From contig JBOGEV010000281.1 of the NCBI GenBank assembly GCA_050742015.1, positions 6,141 to 70,140 of the forward strand: DNA of 64,000 nucleotides, written 5' to 3'. The translations under genes were made by a program, and so were the position numbers. The number at the start of each line of letters is the position of its first letter. Position 1 is the first letter of the stretch. The notes under the pieces were generated by a model. The model was not told where the DNA came from. It did not search any database and saw nothing but the letters and a program-made list of their open reading frames with translations. This DNA comes from Acidimicrobiia bacterium. Its GTDB lineage: Bacteria; Actinomycetota; Acidimicrobiia; Spongiisociales; ZC4RG35. Positions 8,888-16,909 of the stretch are shown here, one piece after another.

Positions 8888-11800
8888 ATGGGAGCTTCTG
8901 CGACGACGAGCCGGATGACGTCGCTGATGACGGCGCTGGCGGTCGTGGTCGGTGTCGTGTTCATCGCTCCGGCGCCGACCGCGGCGGCGGCGACCGATTG
9001 GACGGTAGGCCCGAGTGGTGACTTCCCGTCCCTGAGCGACGCCCTGGCCAGCGGCTCGGTCATCTCAGGAGACCGGCTCCTCGTCGCCCCGGGCACCTAC
9101 CCGGGTTCGTTGGTCATCGATCGAAACCTCGCCATCGAGGCTGACGGCGGGCAATTCACCATCCAGGGAACCGGTGGAAGTGTCGTGACCGTCCAGCCCG
9201 GAGTCGGTGTGGCCATCACCGGGGCCGAGATCGTGGGCGGCACCGGGACCGCGGAGCTCGTGCCCGACTGTGGCGGGCCCGGAGGGCCCGATTGCACCCG
9301 GGCCAAGGGTGGCGGGATCCTCAACTTCGGGACCCTCAACCTGACCGGCACCCTGGTCGCCGACAACGTCGTCGATCTCCCGGGCGACTTCGTGCCCAAC
9401 AATGGCGCCGGCATCTACAACGAGGCCGGGGCCAACCTGACCATCGACGGTTCGTCCGTGATCGAGGGCAACACCGCGGCGTACCAAGGCGGGGGGATCT
9501 TCAACAACGGCGGGGTGGTCGTGATCGATGCCTCGACCATCGAGGGGAACGGGGTGATCTACGCCGGGTCGCTCTTCGAGAATCGTGGTGGGGGCATCTT
9601 CTCCGAAGCCGGCACGGTGACCATCACCAACACCGGGTTCTACGAGAACGTCGCTGAGCGAGACGGGGGGGCATTGGCGGTGTCGGGAGGCACGGTGAGC
9701 GTCACCGACTCCGAGTTCGGCCGGAGCGACCTGACCGGTGGGAACTCGACGCTGGCCACCAATCTCGGTCTTGGGGCGGTGTTGTTCACCGAAGGCGGCA
9801 CCGTCACCTTCGAGCGGGTGACTGCCACGGGCAACGACGCCGGGTTCGGCGGGGTCGCCTCCCTCAACGGCGGCACGTTCAACGTCCTCAACAGCACCTT
9901 CAGCGGGAACCACGCCCGCCAGACCGGTGGTGCGATCTCGTCACTCACCTCGAACCTCAACGTGGTCAACAGCACCATCAGCTCCAACACCTCGGGCGGC
10001 AACAGCGGTGCGATCTTCAGCGCCAGCGGCTCTGCGGTCACCTTGCGCAACGCCACGATCTACGGCAATTCAGCAGTGGAATTCCCGGGCGGCATCCGCA
10101 GCAACGGCGGCACCACGGAGCTCTACAACACGATCCTCGCCGGGAACGTCTCCGACGCCTCGGGCACCCCGACACCCGACGATTGCGACGACGACGGCGC
10201 TGGTCTGATCTTCTCGTCGGGCGGGCACAACGTCTTCGGTGACATCTCCGGCTGTGTGCTGACAACGACGACCGGGGATCAGACCGGTGTCAACGACCCT
10301 GAGCTGGGACCACTGTTCGGCAATGGCGGGGCGACACCGACCCACCATCCGCTGCCGGGGAGCCCGGTCATCGATGCCGGGAACTCGGCTGTGCCGGGGA
10401 GCGGTGGCGGAGCCTGTGAGCCCTTCGACCAGCGCGGAGTGGAGCGACCGGTAGGCGAGCAGTGCGATGTCGGGTCGGTGGAGTCCGTTGCCCCGATCCA
10501 GGCGGCAATCGACGCCGCCCCGGCCGGGGGCACGGTTTTGGTGCCCGCCGGGACCTACCCGGAGAACCTGGTCATCGGAAAGGACCTCGACCTGGTAGCG
10601 GACGGCGCGGTGACCGTGGACGGCGGCGCGGCCGGCCCGGTGGTGAGTGTCGCCGGTGCCACCGTCCTCATCGACGGCTTGACCCTCACCAATGGGCTGA
10701 GCGACAGCGGTGGCGGGATCAGCAGCGGCAGCGGCAGCTCACTGACACTCGTCGACGTGCAGGTGACGGGGAACGTGGCTACGACCACGGGAGGCGGTCT
10801 CCATCACGTCGGCAACGAGCTCAGCATCACCGGTGCCACCTTCTCGACCAACCAGGGCACGGGCAACGGCGGGGCGATCTTCACCGACAGCGCTTCGCTG
10901 ACCTCGATCACCGACAGCACTATCTCGGACAACGAGTCCTTCGATCACGGTGGCGGGATCTACGCGACCGGGGCCCTTCTCGTCGAGAACACCATCGTCG
11001 AGCTCAACCGGTCGGGTGACTTCGGTGGTGGGATCCATGCCGGCTCGTCGGCATTCATCACGGGATCGCTGATCGAGAGGAACGCGTCGAGCAGCCGTGG
11101 CGGCGGGCTCTACGCAACCGGAAGCTTCGAGCTGTCGCAGAGCACTGTCGAGGCGAACGTGTCATTCCTGGGCGGAGGGGTCGCCGACTTCGGGGCCGGG
11201 CCGTCTTTCATGCACGACACCACGATCAGCGGCAACCTCGGAGCCGATGAGGGCGGCGGGCTCTACAAGGGGGTGGACGGCAACCTCACCCTGGTCAACG
11301 TCACCATCGCCGACAACGACGCCGCGGAAGGGACCGCGATCGGAGGCGGGATCGCGATGGCGCCCGTCGCCAACGGGTCGATCCTGCTGCGTAGCTCACT
11401 GGTCGCAGGAAACACCGCGACCACGTTCCCCGACTGCGAAGGTGAGGTCGGCGGCAGCTTCAACCTGCTCGGCGCCGGCGACACCACCGGAACCGGATTC
11501 CCGGTCGAAGGCTGCGGGTTGACCGACGGTGTCGACGGCAACCAGGTCGGCTATCTCGACTCTCCGATCGATCCCCTCATCGGCCCCCTCGCCGACAACG
11601 GGGGAAGCCAACTCACTCACGCCCTCCTCCCCGGCAGCCCCCCAATCGACGCCGGCGATCCGGTCGCGCCCGGCAGCAGCGAGGTGGGCTGCACAGTCCT
11701 CTCCCAGAACGGCGTCGATCGTGCCGCGGGCGGTCCCGGGAGCTGTGACATCGGTGCGTTCGAGCTTGCGGCCGGGGACCTGGTCTCGGTTTCCTTCGTC

Positions 11801-14800
11801 GTCGACAACCCGACGCCCGCCGCCGGCGTCTCATCGATCCCGACCGCCGATGTCCCCGCTTCCGCCCTGACTGCGGGCGGCGCGGTCAATCAGGGATCGG
11901 TGATCGCCAACACCGGGATCGGGACCATCGTCGACTCGCCGATCAACTCCATCCCGATCAACTCCATCCCGATCAACTCGATCTACCCCCAGGGAACCCC
12001 GATCAACTCGATCCTGCTGGTCGGTGCGCCGATCAACTCCATCCCGATCAACTCCATCGACCTTGCGGCCAGCCCGATCAACTCGATCCCGATCAACTCG
12101 ATCCCGATCAACTCCATCGGCGAGATCATCGATTGCGGCGTCTTCGACTGCGCCGCTCCCGGTCTGACTTTCGGCCAGGTGCCACCGGAGGCCTACATCG
12201 GGACCTTCGGACAGCTGATGCACCTGCTCATCAACGAGACGGACGAGCTGGACGGGGCGACCCTCGCCGACATCGTCGCCGGCCTCCCCCCGGCCACCTC
12301 CCTCGCCGACCTCCTCGGCCTTCTCATGCCGCCCGAGGAGTACCCATGGCAGCGGATGGACCTGGACGCCTCGCGTCTGGCGAGCTTCTCGACGACGCCG
12401 GGCACCGTCCGGTACACCGCCTCCCTGGACCTCTCGACCGGCGCCCCCCTCAACGACCTGGAGGTCGCGGTGACCCTGGCGCCGGGGTTCAACTACGTGC
12501 CGGGATCGACCACCTACCTGCCGGCGCCCCCGCCGGGCGCCCCCGGCGATCCCGTGATCGATGGCTCCGTGCTGACGTGGTCGATACCCGGCGTCGCCGA
12601 CCTCTCCACACTCGACCTCTCCTTCGCCGCCACCACCGGTCTTCGTCTTGGCCCGGTCGCCACCGGTCTCGACGCGGCGGTTCCGGCGTCCGGTGGCGTC
12701 GCCTCGGCATCGGCAACCACGTCGATCGTGGAAGCGTTCGAGCCAAACGACACGGTGGCCCAGGCCACTGTCGCGTCGGTCGACAACATCTACGTCACCC
12801 ACATCTCCTCCGGCACCGACCTCGACTTCTACCGGCTGGAGAACGTGACCTCCGGCTCGGTGATATCGGCCGAGTTGGCCAGCCTCCCGGCCGACTACGA
12901 CCTGGTGATCTACGGGCCGGCCCAGCCACCGCTGCGGGGGGAGCCGGAGCGGACCGTGATCGGAGTCGAGGACGGCCCCATCGACCTCCTCTCTCCCGAT
13001 GAGAGCCAACCCGAGGTCATCGAAGACATAGTGCTCGCCGACCTGCCGGTGGTGGCTCTGTCCACGAATCGGGGCGACTCCAACGAGCAGGTGAAAACCT
13101 CGCCCGTGGCGAGAAGCGGCGACTACGTCATCCAGGTGAGCGGCTACAACGGAGCAACCAGCACCGATCCCTACACCCTTCGTCTCTCGGTCGATCCCGG
13201 GACAGGTGGCGACGCATGCACCGCACTCCCCCCAACCGGAGGCACCCCAGGCTCACTGCCTGGATCCCTTCCCTCAGGGGTCAACACGCTGTTCCTGGTC
13301 AACCAGCAGCGCTACGAGGCGACTCATGGCGTGGCTGCGCTCGCCGACCTTCTCGGGGCCCTGGGCTCGGTGGCTGATCAGCCGGACCTCGGTGTGATCG
13401 GCGCCGTGATCCCGGTCGAAGGCGATGCGGCCGTGGCCGCCGTCTATTCGTCCCTGGACGCCGAGCCCTGCTCGGTCGAGGCCGCCAACAACGTGGCCTC
13501 GGCGATCGCCGGGCTGGTCGACGGGTATCGAGATTCCAATCCCGACATCCAATATGTGGTCATCGTCGGTGGTGACGACCAGGTGCCCCAGTTCCGGCTG
13601 CCTGACGAGACGCGAATCGCCAACGAGACCGGCTACGCCTCGGCTCTTCGGGGGGCAGTCACGCCGCAGACCGCGGCCCTGGCCGCCGGGACCTTCCTCA
13701 GCGACGACCCCTACGGCGACGCCCACCCGCTCCTCGCCAACGGACGTGAGATCTTCGTTCCGGAGATCGCCCTGGGCCGACTGGTGGAGACCCCGGGTGA
13801 GATCGTCGGCACCCTGGAGCGATTCCTCACCTTCAACGGGCTTCTCGACCCGACCACGACTACCAGCGCCTTCGTCAGCGGTTACGACTTCCTCACCGAC
13901 GGCGCCGAGGCGGTGGCCTCCGAGCTCGTCGACGCCGGGCGCCCCATCACATCGCTGGTCTCTGAGGTCTGGGATCGTGACGGGCTGATCGCCGGCTGGC
14001 TCGACGGGTCACACACTGTCACCTCGGTAAACGCCCACTTCGACCACAACCGCGCCCAACCGGCCGCCCTGTCATCGGGGTTCGTGACCACGGGTGATGT
14101 CACCGGCTCGGGGTCCGACACCCTGGAGCGGGCCATCGTCTTCTCGATGGGATGTCACTCCGGACTCAGCTTCCCCGACGTCCAGATCGGTGGCGACCCC
14201 CTCGCCGCCGACTGGGCCCAGACGCTGTCCGCCCAGGGAGCCAGCTTCATCGGGAACACCGGGTACGGGTACGGCGAGACCGACACGGTCGCCCTCTCCG
14301 AGGACCTGCTGCGACGCTTCGCCGGGAATCTCGACGGCGGGCTCACCGTCGGCCAGGCGCTACAGATCGCCAAGCAGACCTACGCCGGCTCGTCGCTGGT
14401 CTACGGGGCATATGACGACAAGGTGCTGATGATCTCCACCTTCTACGGGCTGCCCTTCTATCGGGTAGGTGGCGGGGGCGGCCCGGTGCCGGCGCCGGCG
14501 GCGCCGGCGCTCGGGTTCGACTCGGTGGTCGGGCTTCCGACCGCGACTATCGACACGGTGCTCGACCTCGGGACCAGCCTGGTGATCGACACCGGGGACC
14601 GTGGCTCTTTCTATGCCCACGTCGGGGAGGGCGGTCTTCCCTCCGCCCAGGTGACCCCGTTCCGGCCGATCCAGCCCAAGATCGAGATCGATGTCACCCA
14701 GGGCGGCGGACTGGTTGCCCACGGGGCGCTCATCACCGGCCTCCAGTCCACGGACGTCACCCCGTTCGACCCGGTCGTCGCTCGCCCGGTGGTCGATCTC

Positions 14801-16906
14801 GGAGCCAACGAGCCGGAGCCCATCGCGCCCGGCGTCTTCCCTTCCGCCCTGCAGACCGTGAACCGGTTCACCACCGCGGTCGGTGATCGCGACCAGCTGG
14901 TCCTGGTCCCCGGCCAGTTCCGGAGCACCACCGCGACCACGGGGATCCAGCGGTTGTTCACCACCATCGGCACCACCGTGTTCTACGGACCGGGAACCGG
15001 TGACTTCACCCCTCCGGTGATCATCAGCTCGACCGCCATCGAAGGAGCAGGGGCCGTGACATTCACGGTCGACGTAGAAGACACCGACGGTGAGGTGCGC
15101 AAGGTGACCGTGCTCTTCTCGGATGTCGCTGCGGGCGGGACATGGACCGAGGTCGTGTTGGTCCAGGGCACCGATGGGTCCTGGAGCGGGGCGGCGCCGG
15201 CGGCCCCCGGGGAGAAGGAGTTCTTCGTCCAGGCAGTCGATGACTCGGGCAATGTGGCCGTCAGCTCGAACAAGGGGGAGCTGTTCCTGTCCCGGCTCGC
15301 GGCCGCCCCCTCCGGCGGCCTGGTCGCTCTCGCCGGCGACCTCGTCGACGGGTGGTACGCGGGGACTGCCACCGTGACTCTCACCGCGCCTCCCGGCGGT
15401 GTCGTCGCCTACGAACTCGACGGCGCGGCTCTCGTCCCATATGCGGGCCCGTTCGACGTGACCGGGGAGGGAGTGCACACGCTCATCGCCTACTCATCGA
15501 CCGGTGACTCGGAGACGATCACCATCCCGATCGACGCCGAAGCGCCTGTCGTCACCTCCCCGATCCAGGGTGCGGTCTTCACCACAGGTCAGGTCGTCAC
15601 CGTTGACTTCGCATGCAGCGATGCGGCCTCCGGGGTAGTCAGCTGTGAGAGCACCCTCCCGCTCGGCTCCGCCCTCCCCACCGCCGGGTCCGGGTCGTTC
15701 CAGGTCACCGCGGTCGACGCCACCGGCAAGTCGACGACCGAGACCATCGCCTACACCGTGGTCAGCGCCCCCGTCGCCAATATCGTGGGAGACCCGGGAA
15801 CCGTGAACGAGGGAACCGCGGTGTCCTTCAGCTCGGGGACATCGGGAGCAACAGCGTGGGCCTGGACCGCTACCCGGGACGGTGGGGTCGTCGCCAGCGG
15901 AGCCGGGGAAACCTTCGATTTCGTCGCAGAGGACGATGGCGACTATCTGGTGACCCTGACCGTCACGGTGGGCTCGGCGATGAGCGCTCCGGCAACCGTC
16001 GGGTTCACAGCCAACAACGTCGCCCCCACCATCGAGGTCGACGGTGCGGGCACGGTCGACACAGGAACGTCTTACACGATCTTCCTCGGCCCCGTTACAG
16101 ACCCCGGCACCGACAATGCCTTCAGCTTCGACCTGGATTGGGGTGACGGGACGGTGGAGACCGTGGACCGACTGGGCCCGTTCTCCCACACCTTCACCGC
16201 GCCGGGCACGCTGCAGGTCTCCGTTGGCGTGACCGACGAGGACGGCACCTTTGCCGACGCGGGCGCGCTCGACTTGGTCGTCACCGAGCCGGGACCTCCG
16301 ATGTGCCGGGGTCGACTCGCCACCATCGTGGGGACACCCGGCGACGACGTCCTCAACGGGACGAGCCCCAATGACGTCATCGTCGGCCGCGGCGGCAACG
16401 ACATCATCAACGGGGGAAGCGGCAACGACGTCATCTGCTCCGGCGACGGCAACGACACGATCGACGGCGGATCCGGGAACGACACCATCGACGCCGGCAG
16501 CGGCAACAACCACATCGACGGCGGGTCCGGAAACGAGGCCATCTTCTCCGGAGCCGGAGACGACATCATCGACGGCGGGAGCGGCACCGATGTCGTCAGC
16601 TCCGGCGATGGTGCCGACCGTATCGAGGGCGGGTCGGGCAACGACACGCTCTCGGGCGGGGAGGGCGACGACGAAGTCGATGGTGGCGCCGGAAACGACG
16701 AGGTTCAGGGTGGCGGCGGGGCCGACACGATCCGTGGTGGGTCCGGCAACGACCGTCTGTTCGGCGGGGCCGGCACCGACTTCATCGAAGGCGGGGCCGG
16801 CAACGACCATCTGGACGGTGGTCCCGGAGTCGACGTCCTCGATGGGGCGTCGGGCCGGGACAGGTGTCTCAGCGGTGACGTACTGCTCTCCTGCGAGCTC
16901 CCTTGA
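8888..16906 (+). CDS. Giant secreted multidomain protein (2672 aa): 2x right-handed beta-helix modules, PINSI repeats, DUF11-like and PPC domains, C25/gingipain-like module, Ig/PKD domains, C-terminal RTX Ca-binding repeats
   Basis: ORF 8843..16906. The start is ATG 8888, after GAGGGAG. Signal peptide: MGASATTSRMTSLMTALAVVVGVVFIAPAPTAAAA. Two modules of GGGI/GGAI beta-helix turns each end in LGPLxxNGGxTxTHxLLPGSPxIDAG...CDxGxxE. The PPC domain reads EPNDTVAQAT..LDFYRL..DYDLVIYG..YTLRLS. The peptidase-like part has YVVIVGGDDQVPQF, SVNAHFDH and IVFSMGCHSG. PKD-like part: DLDWGDGT...HTFTAPG. There are about 20 GGxGxD nonapeptides. Confidence 0.9.
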   Translation: MGASATTSRMTSLMTALAVVVGVVFIAPAPTAAAATDWTVGPSGDFPSLSDALASGSVISGDRLLVAPGTYPGSLVIDRNLAIEADGGQFTIQGTGGSVVTVQPGVGVAITGAEIVGGTGTAELVPDCGGPGGPDCTRAKGGGILNFGTLNLTGTLVADNVVDLPGDFVPNNGAGIYNEAGANLTIDGSSVIEGNTAAYQGGGIFNNGGVVVIDASTIEGNGVIYAGSLFENRGGGIFSEAGTVTITNTGFYENVAERDGGALAVSGGTVSVTDSEFGRSDLTGGNSTLATNLGLGAVLFTEGGTVTFERVTATGNDAGFGGVASLNGGTFNVLNSTFSGNHARQTGGAISSLTSNLNVVNSTISSNTSGGNSGAIFSASGSAVTLRNATIYGNSAVEFPGGIRSNGGTTELYNTILAGNVSDASGTPTPDDCDDDGAGLIFSSGGHNVFGDISGCVLTTTTGDQTGVNDPELGPLFGNGGATPTHHPLPGSPVIDAGNSAVPGSGGGACEPFDQRGVERPVGEQCDVGSVESVAPIQAAIDAAPAGGTVLVPAGTYPENLVIGKDLDLVADGAVTVDGGAAGPVVSVAGATVLIDGLTLTNGLSDSGGGISSGSGSSLTLVDVQVTGNVATTTGGGLHHVGNELSITGATFSTNQGTGNGGAIFTDSASLTSITDSTISDNESFDHGGGIYATGALLVENTIVELNRSGDFGGGIHAGSSAFITGSLIERNASSSRGGGLYATGSFELSQSTVEANVSFLGGGVADFGAGPSFMHDTTISGNLGADEGGGLYKGVDGNLTLVNVTIADNDAAEGTAIGGGIAMAPVANGSILLRSSLVAGNTATTFPDCEGEVGGSFNLLGAGDTTGTGFPVEGCGLTDGVDGNQVGYLDSPIDPLIGPLADNGGSQLTHALLPGSPPIDAGDPVAPGSSEVGCTVLSQNGVDRAAGGPGSCDIGAFELAAGDLVSVSFVVDNPTPAAGVSSIPTADVPASALTAGGAVNQGSVIANTGIGTIVDSPINSIPINSIPINSIYPQGTPINSILLVGAPINSIPINSIDLAASPINSIPINSIPINSIGEIIDCGVFDCAAPGLTFGQVPPEAYIGTFGQLMHLLINETDELDGATLADIVAGLPPATSLADLLGLLMPPEEYPWQRMDLDASRLASFSTTPGTVRYTASLDLSTGAPLNDLEVAVTLAPGFNYVPGSTTYLPAPPPGAPGDPVIDGSVLTWSIPGVADLSTLDLSFAATTGLRLGPVATGLDAAVPASGGVASASATTSIVEAFEPNDTVAQATVASVDNIYVTHISSGTDLDFYRLENVTSGSVISAELASLPADYDLVIYGPAQPPLRGEPERTVIGVEDGPIDLLSPDESQPEVIEDIVLADLPVVALSTNRGDSNEQVKTSPVARSGDYVIQVSGYNGATSTDPYTLRLSVDPGTGGDACTALPPTGGTPGSLPGSLPSGVNTLFLVNQQRYEATHGVAALADLLGALGSVADQPDLGVIGAVIPVEGDAAVAAVYSSLDAEPCSVEAANNVASAIAGLVDGYRDSNPDIQYVVIVGGDDQVPQFRLPDETRIANETGYASALRGAVTPQTAALAAGTFLSDDPYGDAHPLLANGREIFVPEIALGRLVETPGEIVGTLERFLTFNGLLDPTTTTSAFVSGYDFLTDGAEAVASELVDAGRPITSLVSEVWDRDGLIAGWLDGSHTVTSVNAHFDHNRAQPAALSSGFVTTGDVTGSGSDTLERAIVFSMGCHSGLSFPDVQIGGDPLAADWAQTLSAQGASFIGNTGYGYGETDTVALSEDLLRRFAGNLDGGLTVGQALQIAKQTYAGSSLVYGAYDDKVLMISTFYGLPFYRVGGGGGPVPAPAAPALGFDSVVGLPTATIDTVLDLGTSLVIDTGDRGSFYAHVGEGGLPSAQVTPFRPIQPKIEIDVTQGGGLVAHGALITGLQSTDVTPFDPVVARPVVDLGANEPEPIAPGVFPSALQTVNRFTTAVGDRDQLVLVPGQFRSTTATTGIQRLFTTIGTTVFYGPGTGDFTPPVIISSTAIEGAGAVTFTVDVEDTDGEVRKVTVLFSDVAAGGTWTEVVLVQGTDGSWSGAAPAAPGEKEFFVQAVDDSGNVAVSSNKGELFLSRLAAAPSGGLVALAGDLVDGWYAGTATVTLTAPPGGVVAYELDGAALVPYAGPFDVTGEGVHTLIAYSSTGDSETITIPIDAEAPVVTSPIQGAVFTTGQVVTVDFACSDAASGVVSCESTLPLGSALPTAGSGSFQVTAVDATGKSTTETIAYTVVSAPVANIVGDPGTVNEGTAVSFSSGTSGATAWAWTATRDGGVVASGAGETFDFVAEDDGDYLVTLTVTVGSAMSAPATVGFTANNVAPTIEVDGAGTVDTGTSYTIFLGPVTDPGTDNAFSFDLDWGDGTVETVDRLGPFSHTFTAPGTLQVSVGVTDEDGTFADAGALDLVVTEPGPPMCRGRLATIVGTPGDDVLNGTSPNDVIVGRGGNDIINGGSGNDVICSGDGNDTIDGGSGNDTIDAGSGNNHIDGGSGNEAIFSGAGDDIIDGGSGTDVVSSGDGADRIEGGSGNDTLSGGEGDDEVDGGAGNDEVQGGGGADTIRGGSGNDRLFGGAGTDFIEGGAGNDHLDGGPGVDVLDGASGRDRCLSGDVLLSCELP
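11939..12117 (+). repeat. In-frame 15-bp repeat CCGATCAACTC(C/G)ATC x9, encoding the pentapeptide PINSI
   Basis: Units start at 11939, 11954, 11969, 11999, 12029, 12044, 12073, 12088 and 12103, in clusters of 3+1+2+3. Protein: SPINSIPINSIPINSIYPQGTPINSILLVGAPINSIPINSIDLAASPINSIPINSIPINSIGE. Confidence 0.9.
16331..16862 (+). repeat. RTX / hemolysin-type calcium-binding nonapeptide repeat block (coding)
   Basis: GTPGDDVLNG..GRGGNDIINGGSGNDVICSGDGNDTIDGGSGNDTIDAGSGNNHIDGGSGNE...GGAGNDHLDGGPGVDVLDG. Confidence 0.9.
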
Positions 16907-16909
16907 CCA

